From assembly GCA_010093815.1 (NCBI GenBank), contig ML996571.1: a stretch of 64,000 nt of DNA; one strand, written 5' to 3'. The position numbers were made by a program, and so were the translations under genes. Shown one piece after another: positions 1-12,179 of the stretch. This DNA is from Pseudovirgaria hyperparasitica. Lineage: Eukaryota. The notes below the pieces were generated by a model. The model was not told where the DNA came from. It searched no databases and worked only from the letters and a program-made list of their open reading frames with translations. Positions within the stretch are counted from its first letter, which is position 1, and each line of letters opens with the position of its first letter.

Positions 1-1257
1 TCTAAATCCTAGATGGGACGAGACAATTGACATTACGACGACTGGACCTCTCAACCTCATAGCAACGATTTGGGATTGGGATACGATGGGCGACCACGAT
101 TGTGTTGGTCGGACGTCGCTAAAGCTCGACCCTTCGCATTTCCGAGATTTCATGCCGCGGGAGTATTGGCTCGATCTGGACACTCAGGGGCGCTTGCTTC
201 TACGTGTCAGTATGGAAGGCGAACGAGATGATATACAATTCTATTTTGGCAAAGCGTTCCGTACGTTGAAGCGTACAGAACGTGACATGACGCGAAAGAT
301 CACCGATAAGCTATCGCCTTATGTGAGCTACTGTCTGTCAAGAAGAGCCTTACGAGCGCTTCTGTCACGAGGTTTGACAATGTCCGGTGTGGCCAGTTAC
401 TTCCAACGAAACCGTCCTCAGTCAGTTGCTACCGGTCCTACCCATGCTGAGGTTGAGAGCGCACTCAAGCCCCTCTTCGACTACTTTGACGACAATTTCG
501 GCATCATGAAAAATACACTTACAGACTCGGCCATGGTAATGGTGATGACTCGTCTCTGGAAGGAAGTCCTGGCCACTATCGAATCGCTCTTGGTCCCTCC
601 ACTATCCGATAAACTCTCCGTGCAAAGGCCTCTTTCGCAGCAAGAACTTGACATCGTCTACAAGTGGTTACAGGTAAGTGCAGCAAGCCTAACTCTCATA
701 CAGAGCAAGAAACTGATACCTCACAGTTCATCTTCGAGTTCTTCAACGCAGTTGATGAGGAGACAGGCATATCTCAAGGTGTTCCTGTTGATATTCTCAA
801 ATCGCCAAAATACCACGAGCTACAAACGCTCAACTTCTTCTACTTCGAATCCACGGCAAACCTTATTCGCACTTCTGAGGGCATGGCATCTGCCACCGCC
901 GCTCGTCAACAAGCCGAGGCTGCACGGGCTGCACGGCTCTCCGCCCCTGCGCACCTTGGCCACAGTTTTGGAGGTGGTGTCGGTCTGATGGGCATGCCCA
1001 CCCGGAAGCACAAGACGGTCATGCTAAGTAAGAATCTAGGGACCATGAGGAAGGCCAAGGAGGAGAAGCGGAAAGAGGCTCAAGCTGACCCGAATGACGA
1101 CATGATCTTGCGCATTCTTCGAATGCGTCCCGAAGCGGAGCGCTACTTGAAGGATCGCAGCAGACAAAAAGAACGGTTGGCTGCTGCCGCCGCGGCAGAG
1201 ATGATTGTGCGCCAAAGTTTGGTTCAGGGAAGTGGCAGGATCCGGGGGACGACATAG
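1..1257 (+). CDS. 3' part of a C2-domain / Munc13-homology (MHD2) protein, 5'-truncated by the window edge
   Basis: Frame is open from the window start (..ATIWDWDTMGDHDCVGRTSLKLDP, C2-like). Intron 674-726 (GTAAGT..CAG) joins ORF 86..988 to ORF 664..1257 as KWLQ|FIFEFFNA. Helical MHD2-like region LFDYFDDNF..RLWKEVL. Stop at 1255-1257. Confidence 0.8.
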
Positions 1258-3864
1258 GGCATGAACCAGAGCGTGCTGCAACGAGAGTGGAAAACCACGT
1301 GCATATATATTTGTGTTGAGGGATTTCCTGTCTCAACGTCCTTTTGGGGACCATGCATTTGATGAGCAGCGCGTGGTGTTACGGAGAAATCATATATCGG
1401 CTTTTGTTTTGTCGACGGCATGGCTTGCGGGATCTGCGATTGGTGTTTCTTGCTATGGACCGTGTTGTGTATCTCATAATGATGAAGATGATGTGTAGTG
1501 TATACCTGGGTGAGGTATGATGAAGGCAGAAAGTGTGAATGAGCTAGACAGAGACCTAATGATACCATTTCCTTTCACTCCAATAACGGGTCCTGTATCT
1601 TGCCGTACAGCCGCCATTTGCACGTGCTTGAGATGCGGACTTGAGCACTTGAGTCCATCATACTCTGTGTACTTTCATACTCCTTCCATTCATCTAATTA
1701 TTACAATACCCCTGTGCTAGCCATCGGGAGAGGCGTCCATGGATGAGTCCAATCTGCGACTCCGTCGATAGAATCATGAATGACTACATGTTCGACACGT
1801 CGAACTTACGTATCATGCGAAGTTTGTATAGATATAGATCTCATGCGGGATTAGGCTAGTTGTCATTGAGGAAAAGGCTTAAGAAGTATACTGTTTTACA
1901 TGTTCAATATGATCTTTATGCTGTGCCCGGCGTCTACATGTTTGTTCGATATATTCATGCCTCAGCCTTGCCGTGTATTAGACTCTCTGTCGAAACATGT
2001 GAATCGATTTCGTGTGCCTTCCTATTGGCGTATGTTCTCTAGTCCTTTATGCAGTGAGTAGAAGCATAATCCACCTTGTTTCCAGTCTGGAATGACCATG
2101 CAAAAGTTCCTTTGCTCAGCACATCACGAATAGAGAGAAGTTTATTTTCTGCTGGGCAATTTACGGCCAGGGATACATTGCTAGGCATATTACACACAAT
2201 ACAGTTCGCCTGAGCATGTGACCTTCCTAGCACAATGCATAAATGCGCTATGATAAGACATATAACCTATACTACGGTAACTTTATATAGTGAAGGTAAG
2301 ACTAGAAGAAATGGAGGTTGGCTCATCACAAGGTTTCAAGCTGAGTCAACAATTTTCTCATACTTTTGAGGGAATAACACGATGTTTAAACCAATTGCAA
2401 AGGATATTGAAACACCGACCAATGAGATGAGAGGTCACATTCGCTGTGCGTTCGATACCGCAGGGAACCATATATCCGAGCTGAATCATAAGGATAGAGC
2501 TAGCTTGTATGCAACGTTGTCCTGGCTAATAGGAGCAGCTGTCGCTAGCTCCAGAGGGTGACTATCTGCAGATCCCTGCAGCCCGATGCTGAATCTCTGA
2601 TGTTAATTTATGCATGGGACAAGGGTTATCGGTGCTACTCCTTCCAGGTTCACACTATGATATATCTGTTCTCGTGATGTCTGTGCCGCAATCACCCGTG
2701 GTCTCTCCGAAGTGTTGGGTTAGAGGCATGCAAGGCTGAGGCACAGCATAACTTTGCTACAGGGCTAAGCTCACTAGAGATACTGATTGAGGGTAATGTT
2801 GGAAAGACATGAAGTATGTGAAATTGGGAATGGACGATTGCGAGTCCAACCACGTTATAACATAGGTAATTGGTCTAATTACACCACTGTAGCCTGCAAT
2901 AGGTTGTCAATTGACGACCCACCCCAAGACCTGTTCCTCTCATCTCAAAGAGGAGCAATTCTCAGAATCTAAAAGGCGCACAGTCTGGTACATCAACAAA
3001 GGCGAAGCCATGAGGTATCTCGCAAGTAAACATGAAGACATTATAGGGCATCTTCTTCTTCAATGATACCAAGAAGGAAGTTTATCTTGACAACAGCTAT
3101 CTAAACCGAGCAGATGCTCTTGTAGTTGGCGGAAATCCTCACCTAGATGTTGGAGAACTAGTGATAAAGGTAAAGATAAAAGTAAAGATAAGAGTAAACT
3201 TATTGTAGGGTGATATAAATATGGTATCCTATAGTGTACGATTGTTCTGCTTCTACTTTTCATGACGTGATGGATTTCGCACGTCATTCCTACTTGCTCA
3301 ATCGCTTTGGGTACACTTCATAAGAGGTAAATACTGGGAACATTAGTACTTGGACTTATGGAAGTAGACTATAGTTATAAGACATCCCATCTGTTCCGGC
3401 TAAAGAAGACTTGTTTACATTTAAACAGCATAAGTCGAGTATAAACGGCGCTAAGAATCACTTCAGCGAAAGCTGAGTATGTAGGAAGAGCAGCCTGAGA
3501 GCTAGTCTAGGGCCCATCAAACGAAAGCTTGTCCTGTCGTGGAGTGTCCATATGTACTCAAATTCCGGGCTACTCCTATCCCCTATATCATTGTTTCTAG
3601 CCACAGCTGAATTCAGCCACTTAATTGACATTTACAGTGTCATTTGAAAGCATGCCACATGATATCTAGCGAATTCTAATAAAGTGGTGAAATGATCACG
3701 GCATGGATTTTGAACCATTGCCCAAATTGCTGCCTCAGGTGCTTTATCCGGTGCTTGTTCGCCGGGTGGGGGCGAGATTGACATCACTTAGCGAGCCTCC
3801 GATCTTGCGGCTTCACCAGACGTCCAGACGGCGATGAAAGTCCGGATCCTGTTCATATGAGTTA

Positions 3865-3880
3865 CGGCCTAGATTGGCCG
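3865..3880. promoter_or_regulatory. CGG-N10-CCG palindrome, candidate Zn2Cys6 binding site upstream of the MFS gene
   Basis: CGGCC-TAGATT-GGCCG about 140 nt upstream of the MFS ATG. Inverted CGG triplets are the typical Zn2Cys6 dimer site geometry. Confidence 0.35.
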
Positions 3881-4020
3881 AACTTGACGATCTATGTTTC
3901 TTCGCGAATACAACAAGACAGCACAACGTCATGACAGGATCTGTAGAAAAGGGGGCCTATGGCCTAACATCGCGCTTGAAGAGCAAGAAATCTACCTACG
4001 TTGTTCAAAGATAGAATATT

Positions 4021-6001
4021 ATGGTTGAACAGAATCTATCCCCGAAGCCTTCATTGGCGTCTTCTCGTAAACACTCATCTTCTTCACAAGAAGGAAATAA
4101 TCCTGTTGAAAAGAGAGTAGACCAAGATCAAATCACCGGCGATATCGAAGCCACGGCATATATTCCTGATGAAAATGCATCAGAGACCGATTACCCAACA
4201 GGCATAAAGCTCATCTCAATTTCCGCTTCCCTCTGTCTCTGCACACTCCTCGTCGCCCTTGACGCTACGATCCTCGCAACAGCCATTCCTACTATAACCT
4301 CCCAGTTCAATAGTCTCAGTGACGTTGCCTGGTATAGCTCTCTGCACCTGCTTTATGATACTTCTCTGGAAGTTCTAACACCTACCAGGTACAACTCTGC
4401 ACTCCTACTCACCACCTCCGCATTTCAGATCCCCTACGCGCGCGCCTACACGCTCCTCTCTACGAAATACACCTTCCTCTTCTCCGTCCTGGTCTTCGAG
4501 ATTGGAAGCGCAGTATGTGGTGCCGCGCCGAACTCTACAGCTCTGATCATCGGACGAGCGGTGCAGGGCGTGGGTGGAGCAGGAATCTTCGCGGGGTGTT
4601 TCATCATCATCAGCCAGACGGTGCCCTTGAGGCGGAGAAGTATATTTGCTGGGCTATTGGGCGCGATGTTTGGGATTGCCAGTGTGGTGGGACCGTTGAT
4701 CGGGGGCGCATTCACAACAGGGGTGAGCTGGAGGTGGTGTTTTTATAGTGAGTACGGAAGTGAGGTGTGGGAGAAGAGGCTAATCATATGCAAGTCAATC
4801 TCCCACTTGGCGCGATCGCATTTGCTGTTGTCTGGTTCATCCTACCGGCAGAACTTGGAAAGACTCCAGAGAGCTTCAAAGGAAAGAGGTGGTGGGAGGT
4901 GCTATATCGTTTTGATCCAATCGGGACGGTCCTGTTTCTTGGTTCCATCATCTCTCTGCAATTGGCGATACAATGGGGCGGGCTTTTGTACCCGTGGAGT
5001 GATGCTCGAGTCATTGCTACGTTAGTGGTATTCGGTGTTCTATTCATCATATGGGTCCTTGTGCAGTGGCGAGAAGGAGACAATGCGACTGTCCCGAAGG
5101 ATGTGGTTACTCAGAGGAGCGTGGCCGGGGCAGTCCTTTACTCCATGATATCTGCAGGTGCTTTCACGATTGTGGTGTACTATATGCCAATCTGGTGAGT
5201 CTTCGGTGGGAGTGGCGAATGCTAAAAGGGGTATACTGATATGTCCTACAGGTTTCAGGCTATCAAGGGAGACGATGCAGTTGAATCTGGGATACATCAA
5301 CTTCCCATCATTCTCAGCTTCGTTGTTTTTTCGATATCGGCTGGTGGACTTGTTGCTGCCGTCGGGTACTACGTGCCATTCCTCATTCTCGGCTCTATTT
5401 TAGCGTCGATCGGCGCCGGACTCCTCATGACACTGAAACCACATGCAGCAACTGGAGAATGGTACGTCGTGGATTGAACTCACAGCATAATCTCAGAACT
5501 AATGGATTTAGGATCGGATATCTCATCCTATTTGGGGCTGGCATCGGCATGTCAATGGAACAATGTAACGTCGCCATACAGACCGTCTTACCACAAGAGC
5601 GTATTCCTGCCGGCACGAGTCTCGCTGTCTTCGCTCGCTCCTTTGGAGGATCTCTAGGTGCAGCTATTGGTCAGAATGTGTTCGAGAAGAGACTCAACGA
5701 GAACCTTGCTAACGTACTGCCGAACCTTGACAAGTCTATTGTGAGTGGCAGCGGTGCGACTAACCTCATCGCGAATGTTCAAGCTATCTCAGGCGGAGAT
5801 CAAGGTTTGGTCGGGCAAGTGTTGGAATTGTACAATAATGGCATTACGCAAGCGTTCCTGGCGGCGTTGATATTGGCTGCTATGTCACTGTTGCCGGCAC
5901 TGCTCGTTGAGTGGAAGAATGTGAAGAAGGAGAAGAGAGCGCAGGACGATGCAAAAATGAAGAACAAGTCAAAAGTGGAGAGCGGGACAGAGGAAAAATA
6001 A
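4021..6001 (+). CDS. MFS drug/toxin efflux transporter, DHA2 (14-TMS) type
   Basis: Motifs LVALDATILATAIPTIT, GRAVQGVGGAG, GPLIGGAFT..SWRWCFYINLP. Four introns (4332-4388, 4748-4794, 5195-5251, 5462-5511) restore one continuous frame. Confidence 0.93.
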
Positions 6002-6357
6002 TTGCTAAGGAAAGCGATAGATCCTATATTCTGTTGTTTCTTTTGTACGCTGTATACCCGTAGAAGTAAGAAGAGTATACACTAGTGGCGGGAAGCTGTA
6101 AAGAATATACGCGATACAGTCATGTTATTCTGTCGAGATCAGTAGCTGTACACGATGGAGTGGTGAAGGTATGTTTGTAAGACTAAAACAACAATCCATG
6201 ACGTGTGACGTGCATTCTGTCCCAGATCGGCTTAGCGCCAAGGCTAATTGTTGGATATCCATGGACCTGGAGACTTCTACATCTTGTTACACCTTCTTCT
6301 TCAGCGCATAGAACGCGCGCATGTTCTACAAAGAAACATGATAGGTCAGTGCCAACA

Positions 6358-8307
6358 ATGCCATCGAAGCGATCCAGGGCATGCGATGCATGCCACACAA
6401 TCAAGATTAAATGCAACCTTGGTTCTGACGGCGGAGATCCACCGTGCACGAGATGCGTTCGACTCGGCAAGGATTGTATAATAACACCACCAAAGCGGCA
6501 AAAGGATCGTGTAGCAGAGCTCGAAGCACAAGTTGCATCGCTGACTCGACTGCTGGAAGTGCAGAACATACAGGCAAACTCTCCAGTAAGCTCTGTGCCG
6601 GCTTCGACGTTCAGCGCTACGCCATCCACAACAAACGGGGAAGCCATGTCCAAGAAGCGACGTTTAGACGATGCAACTCCCCGGGAAAGCAGTGAAGAAA
6701 CAGAGGACCCAGGTGGAAACGGGCTGCCTGGCCTTGATAAGATTCTGAAGAATGCTGATCAGAGATTCATTTTCGATAAGTATGTGCAGGGGATGATGCC
6801 AAATTTCAGTCCTGTGCCCCTTATTGGGGATGTCAATTACGACCTCTTCCGCAAAGACAGACCGCTGCTACTTCAGGCAATCATTTACTCTGCATGTCAC
6901 GGCGTCCTGCCAGTAGACCAGCAAGAAGATATATCAAAACACGTGACCGACCTGCTCGCACGAAGGGCCACCGACAAGGCACAAAAGTCCCTTGATATCA
7001 TTCAAGCTATCCTCACGGTATCCGTCTGGTTTCGTTTTCCTCGGTATCATTCCAACATGACCGGTGTCCGTCTCGCACACTACGCTCTAGATATTGCCAA
7101 AGAACTCGGCCTTGAAGGAACATGTAATGACTACGACTCGGCCATTACATCCCATACGGACAGCGCCGCAGCTTGGAGCACATGGCTCTTCTGCTACCTA
7201 ATGTCCGCAAACATGGGTATTTTGGCCCGTCGATCCAACCCCATTCCCTGGACTCAACACGAGGAGATCCTGCTCATGATGCTCAGCTATTGGCCGCACG
7301 GCCTCGAATATAATCGATTGATTGCCCAATATGTGCGCGCTGAACGTCTTTGCGAGACTCTCGCAGGCACATATAATCTGACCGTACCAGACCCGATGAC
7401 ACCGGAACATCCCTCGCTCCAGGGTATGCTGAGCCAGAACTCGAACCTCCTTACCGACTGGCGCGTGCAAATTCCACCTTCGCTGCCAGGTCCTTCTCGC
7501 GCTGCCCTGTCGTTCTGGGAGCACTACGCGACCATCCTACTACACGAAGCAGTCTTACACACACCAACCAACGCAGCATCATTCTGTGCGCCTTTCACAG
7601 CAGAGAGACTGTCTATCACAGACTTTCCTGCGCCTGCACTCGTCACGTCTCAGCATGTCAACAGTCTGTGTGTCCTGCGCGACACCTGCCAGGCTTTCTC
7701 AGAGCTCTACATCGGTCTACCAATGAGCACACTTACCTCGCTTCCACCAATTCTCTTCGCTGTGCGGCATTTGTACAGTGTGAGTATTCTTCTGCGGGTC
7801 TACATCGCATGCACGGCGATCGGCAATACGTATGGTGCATACGTGGATGCTGAGAGTCTTCGAGTAGACGAGGTTCTGGAGAAGAATGTTGATCTATGTG
7901 ACAAACTGCATCAGATTGACCCAAAATGTCTTGCGGCGCGGCTGAGTAGCGCGAACGCCCGGTTGAAGGAGTGGGTTGTGAATTATCGTGTAACACAAGG
8001 TATTGCAGAGCCCAGCATAGACAAGCCTTCTCTAGCACCCAATGGTATTTCCAGCATGAATGTCATGAATGGTGTCAATGGCATTAGCGAAGGCCTGAAC
8101 GGGATTTCCAATATAAACGGATTCAGCGACGGCATAAATGCAAATGGCATAAGCGCTGGGTTAGATTTCAATGACCAGAACACCGCGCTCGACTGGACCG
8201 ACTTCCCTCCCCTTGCAGCCGATCCCTTCGAACAGTATGGGTATGGCCTGGAAGACTTTTTCGCGGAGCCGTTTCCCGATTTCGGTACTTTCCGGAATAG
8301 CATGTAG
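6358..8307 (+). CDS. Zn(II)2Cys6 fungal transcription factor
   Basis: ACDACHTIKIKC-x9-CTRCVRLGKDC binuclear cluster, coiled coil RVAELEAQVASL, middle-homology region and acidic C-terminus. True ATG at 6358; single exon. Confidence 0.92.
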   Translation: MPSKRSRACDACHTIKIKCNLGSDGGDPPCTRCVRLGKDCIITPPKRQKDRVAELEAQVASLTRLLEVQNIQANSPVSSVPASTFSATPSTTNGEAMSKKRRLDDATPRESSEETEDPGGNGLPGLDKILKNADQRFIFDKYVQGMMPNFSPVPLIGDVNYDLFRKDRPLLLQAIIYSACHGVLPVDQQEDISKHVTDLLARRATDKAQKSLDIIQAILTVSVWFRFPRYHSNMTGVRLAHYALDIAKELGLEGTCNDYDSAITSHTDSAAAWSTWLFCYLMSANMGILARRSNPIPWTQHEEILLMMLSYWPHGLEYNRLIAQYVRAERLCETLAGTYNLTVPDPMTPEHPSLQGMLSQNSNLLTDWRVQIPPSLPGPSRAALSFWEHYATILLHEAVLHTPTNAASFCAPFTAERLSITDFPAPALVTSQHVNSLCVLRDTCQAFSELYIGLPMSTLTSLPPILFAVRHLYSVSILLRVYIACTAIGNTYGAYVDAESLRVDEVLEKNVDLCDKLHQIDPKCLAARLSSANARLKEWVVNYRVTQGIAEPSIDKPSLAPNGISSMNVMNGVNGISEGLNGISNINGFSDGINANGISAGLDFNDQNTALDWTDFPPLAADPFEQYGYGLEDFFAEPFPDFGTFRNSM

Positions 8308-8850
8308 ACCGACCTGGCTTGCTCGAAGTTCATCGTTTAAACCACCAATTCACACCAGTCGGACTATCGAATATTAGCATATGGGCACAGGTGATCAGGG
8401 CAGATGATTGATGGGTGGAGGATGTCCCGAGAAAAGGACAAGTCTCAAAAGTGGCATGTGGATGAGAGCGAGCAAGAGCGAGCAAGAGCGAGATACTCAA
8501 CATTGCAACCTGACCACTCGATATGATACACGACTGCCCAATGCTAGAGGAAGAAACTAGCATCCGAGCTCAGTTCAGGTCATAACAACGCCAGACGCAG
8601 TCCGACCAGTAAACACATCCACGCCGCAGTACAACATCCTCATCCTGCACAGCCACCACACAGCACACAGCACACCCCACGCCTCACCATATTCCCTCCG
8701 TCGCCACCAAAAAAGCCCAGAACTCCCCTCATCCACACGCTTCACAACAACACACACATATCCGCACGCTACCCAACCCCGCTAAACCACCATACCAACA
8801 TCGGCAATAGATACGACCCCGCGCCTCCGCGCCGCACCCCACGCTTCCAT

Positions 8851-9360
8851 CTAAAGCCTAAGCCCAATCGCCACACCACACCATATCACAACGACCACGC
8901 AACAGTGCGCCACAAAATAACAACTTCTCTGTTCCAGAGCCACCGAAAACCCACACATACCCGCCCTGCACGTTCGTAGTCTAGAATGTTCAACGTGCCG
9001 TACATTTCGGCGTAGCCTGGCGCATGCCAAGCGCACCTTTCTTCCCACATTCCCTTTTCGAAAGGGGAGGGGTTTGGGGGGGGCGGCGACGGGAGGAGAG
9101 TTCGTCCGAGAATTCTCGGGCTCGGGTTTCGGGGCGACAAATTTTTTTTTTTCAGGGAGGGAAAGTATTATAGTTTGTGGAATATCTCGGAGAGCATGGC
9201 ATTCTGACATGCTGATGTGTGCTGACTGATTGAGGCTGATGATCATAATACAAACCGTGCTGCCTAATGTTGTAGGCCGTGAGACATTGCATCGCCTTGG
9301 TCTGGCCTGCTTAGAATATCTCGCCAGGGCTTGCTGATTGACATGACTCGGTTTTGGCAT
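8851..9360 (-). CDS. possible small hypothetical protein
   Basis: ATG at 9360 follows a pyrimidine-rich leader; overlapping ORFs in two frames; no recognisable domain. Confidence 0.2.
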   Translation of the reverse strand: MPKPSHVNQQALARYSKQARPRRCNVSRPTTLGSTVCIMIISLNQSAHISMSECHALRDIPQTIILSLPEKKKFVAPKPEPENSRTNSPPVAAPPKPLPFRKGNVGRKVRLACARLRRNVRHVEHSRLRTCRAGMCGFSVALEQRSCYFVAHCCVVVVIWCGVAIGLRL

Positions 9361-9842
9361 TGTGAGGGGAGAGGAGAGGTGAAGAGAAGAGGATAGATTG
9401 AAGAGGGAAGAGAGGAGAGTATGAATGTATGCAGCTAGCATGATATGGGAGAGAGGATGTTATGGGATTTTCGTTGAATGAGAGACTTGTCGAGGATGTG
9501 TCTTTACGTCTCACTACGAATCTAGATACTATATGGTTTTGATGGATGGCGGTGATGTGGATATATTGCTTGTATTTTGTGTTTTGGCATGCTATGGCAT
9601 GATATGATAAGATATGATAAGATACGATATACCGAACTCGTTGTGTCTCATCTACGCATTAATATATCCGGGTATCGCCTACCGCTCGCTGCATGATTGC
9701 TCGTACTCGTAGTCATGGACTACAAATAATCGACGCACGTAGTATCTATCCACGCATTCATCGCGAAGCGGCTGAATCGGCCGAATCGGCCGCGTTTTCC
9801 TTGTACCACCTCTTTCACAAGCCCTGTAATTTACTTTACTCT

Positions 9843-12179
9843 CTATATTCTTGCCTTTCCCTTGCCCCTGACATGCCCTGTCATCATCCTCTCCAGCTCC
9901 CTCCGCGCCTCTATATCCTCCACTTCCTCGAACAAGGGCTCTGGATGCACGCGGCGAGGCATAGCTGGCACAGGCCACGCGATATGCTCGCGGCCATCTG
10001 GCGTCAAGGCCGATACAGGGCTGTGTTTTATCGGCACGCGTTCGCCGCGGCTGGTATCGGGGGAGACGGGTGAGGATATGGTAGAACTCTCAAAGGAAGT
10101 GACGCGAGAACTGCCACTAAGAGCGGCATCATGTTCAACGTCCATCTTCTTATGGAGGATTTTTCGGCTTAGCGTTCGCGTTAGACTGCGGCTACTCGCC
10201 GCGCTTGCCGAGCGTACTGCGTTGGCGACTCTGCCTAGAGGCGAGGGTACGCGTGTGTTGAACCATGTTAGATGTCGGGGGAGTGTGGGCGAGTCGTCTG
10301 GGATAGGATGGTCCATGCGGATTGGGACCTCTTGCGCTGTAGATGATAAAGATGGTGTCGGTTCTGTCACACCTGTAGGGTGTGCGCTGAGACCTGTTGA
10401 GAACTCTGGAGGGCTAGATGCGCCAGGCGAGGGTGAGAGCGGTGACTGGGTAAAGTTTGTGTGTGGTGTGAAGTTGGAGCGCCAGGAGGGCGTATTGTAG
10501 TTGTCGAGTATATCAGATGCTTCGTCCGGGTGATGGTATCGTTTGTGACGATAGTCTGGGAGGTGTTTTTGGGCATCACAACCTTCGAGTTCGGCTGCGT
10601 ATGGGTATAGAAGTGAAGGAGACTCTTGGACATTGAGAGGGGTCGCAGGGGTGTTTTGAAGGGTTGGGTAGGTGTGTGTTGAGGACTTGAGGGGTGAGAT
10701 CGTACTTGATTTGAGAGTTGATCGGGTATCGCGCTTCGGAGTTGAACGTGATGAAGGGCTAGGAGCGTGCATGTTCTGATGAGACTGCTTTGTTTTGAGC
10801 GGAGCTGGTCGCATTCCAGGCTCTTGTAGTTCGGGTGTAGCAGGCAGTCGGGTGGCTATCGTAGGAGAGAAAGGTCTCAAGGATACTAGATTATCTGTTC
10901 GGACATCTGGAGACGAGGCAATCTTGTGGATGGAAGGCTGTCTGTTCGGACGTGATAATGATGGAGGTGCATTCTTATACGAGATCGGCGACGTGGTATT
11001 ATGTTGACTATCGACGAGATTCAGAGCGTACAGCCCACCCGGCGAACTGCGAAGACGGCGTGGAGCCAGTGGCCGGCGTGCAGTGTGGCCCGCATCTTTT
11101 GGAGGCGGTAAGGGAGGAGGTAGGTTTGCAAACCTAGGCTTCTCCCTCATTTCCGGTGTTTGAGCATCCGGCCGGAGAGGTGTGTGTGCTCGAGGAGTTC
11201 GGACTAGCGTTTCTGCGCGCAAGGAAGCTTGAGAAGGTGTCGTGGATCGAGTGTGATTATTTGTGGAACGCTTGGGGTAGTATATTGACATGGGTTTTGC
11301 GGGCTTCCCGATAGGGACGTAGGTGAAGGTTCGCATGTCAGTCGGCAACCTTGGTGGTCGTTGAGGTGACATATCAAGAGCTCCATCGGTATCATGTAGG
11401 CGGTGGATGATGGTAGACTGGGGCGAACTAATCTTGTCAAACGGCGGATATCGAAATGAGTTTTGCTGCTTCAATCTTCTCCTCCGCGCCTTGAACACGA
11501 TAATGAGAGCACCGAACATTGTAATTACAGAGAAAGGAACAGCGACAGCGAGGCCAATGACTGCTGCATTGTCAAGTCCACCAGAGGCTGCCGCCATGGT
11601 TGAGGATGGCGACGACGACATAGATGGGGCTTGAATATTAAGAGACGTAGGTGTGGGCCATAATACGGTATCAATGATCAAGTTCGAAGCAGACAGCACA
11701 GCTGGCTCAAGGTCGCGGACTGCCAAAGTTGGGGCGGGCGAAATGGTTGATGCTTCTGCAATTGGGGTGTCTGCATCTACTTCTATGCAGTGTCCTTGAG
11801 TGCCACAGACCCAGTCATTGTCACAGTGGTTCGAAGTCTGACATGAACTGGCACAAGTAAGTGAGGCCCCCATGAACGAAGGAGGTTTGAACATACTCTC
11901 CCAGACAGTGGCCATTCCAAACACAGTCCGGAACGTCAGTAGGGGAACGAACCTGGACGGCAGCTCGTCTCAGTATCGATGTCGTCTGCGACAGGACCGG
12001 TAGCTCTTGTACTCCCCCTTCACAGCCATGCTCGAGAAGGCAGGCGAGAACCGGCCTGAATTGAAAGCTACTTCGATCGTCAGAATTAGGCTGTAAGGGA
12101 TTGACTATGAGAAGGTAAGGCCGACTGACCAAGCAAAAGCACATAGTAAGACATGGTGCACCAGCAGAATATAAGCCAT
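9843..12179 (-). CDS. Single-pass membrane protein: signal peptide, small Cys-rich ectodomain, TM helix, long Pro/Ser-rich cytoplasmic tail
   Basis: Introns 12068-12129 and 11848-11896 give MAYILLVHHVLLCAFACFQFRPVLA.. then CVWNGHCLGDSCQTSNHCDNDWVCGTQGHC. TM AVIGLAVAVPFSVITMFGALIIVF is followed by KARRRR. Confidence 0.75.

Noticed and set aside
1700..3700. AT-richer intergenic stretch with short ORFs
   Set aside because: No terminal repeats, transposase motifs or coherent frame seen.
9862..10500. Long antisense ORFs over real genes (also 15166-15672, 24084-24632, 28662-29081)
   Set aside because: Shadow ORFs caused by codon bias of the sense-strand genes.
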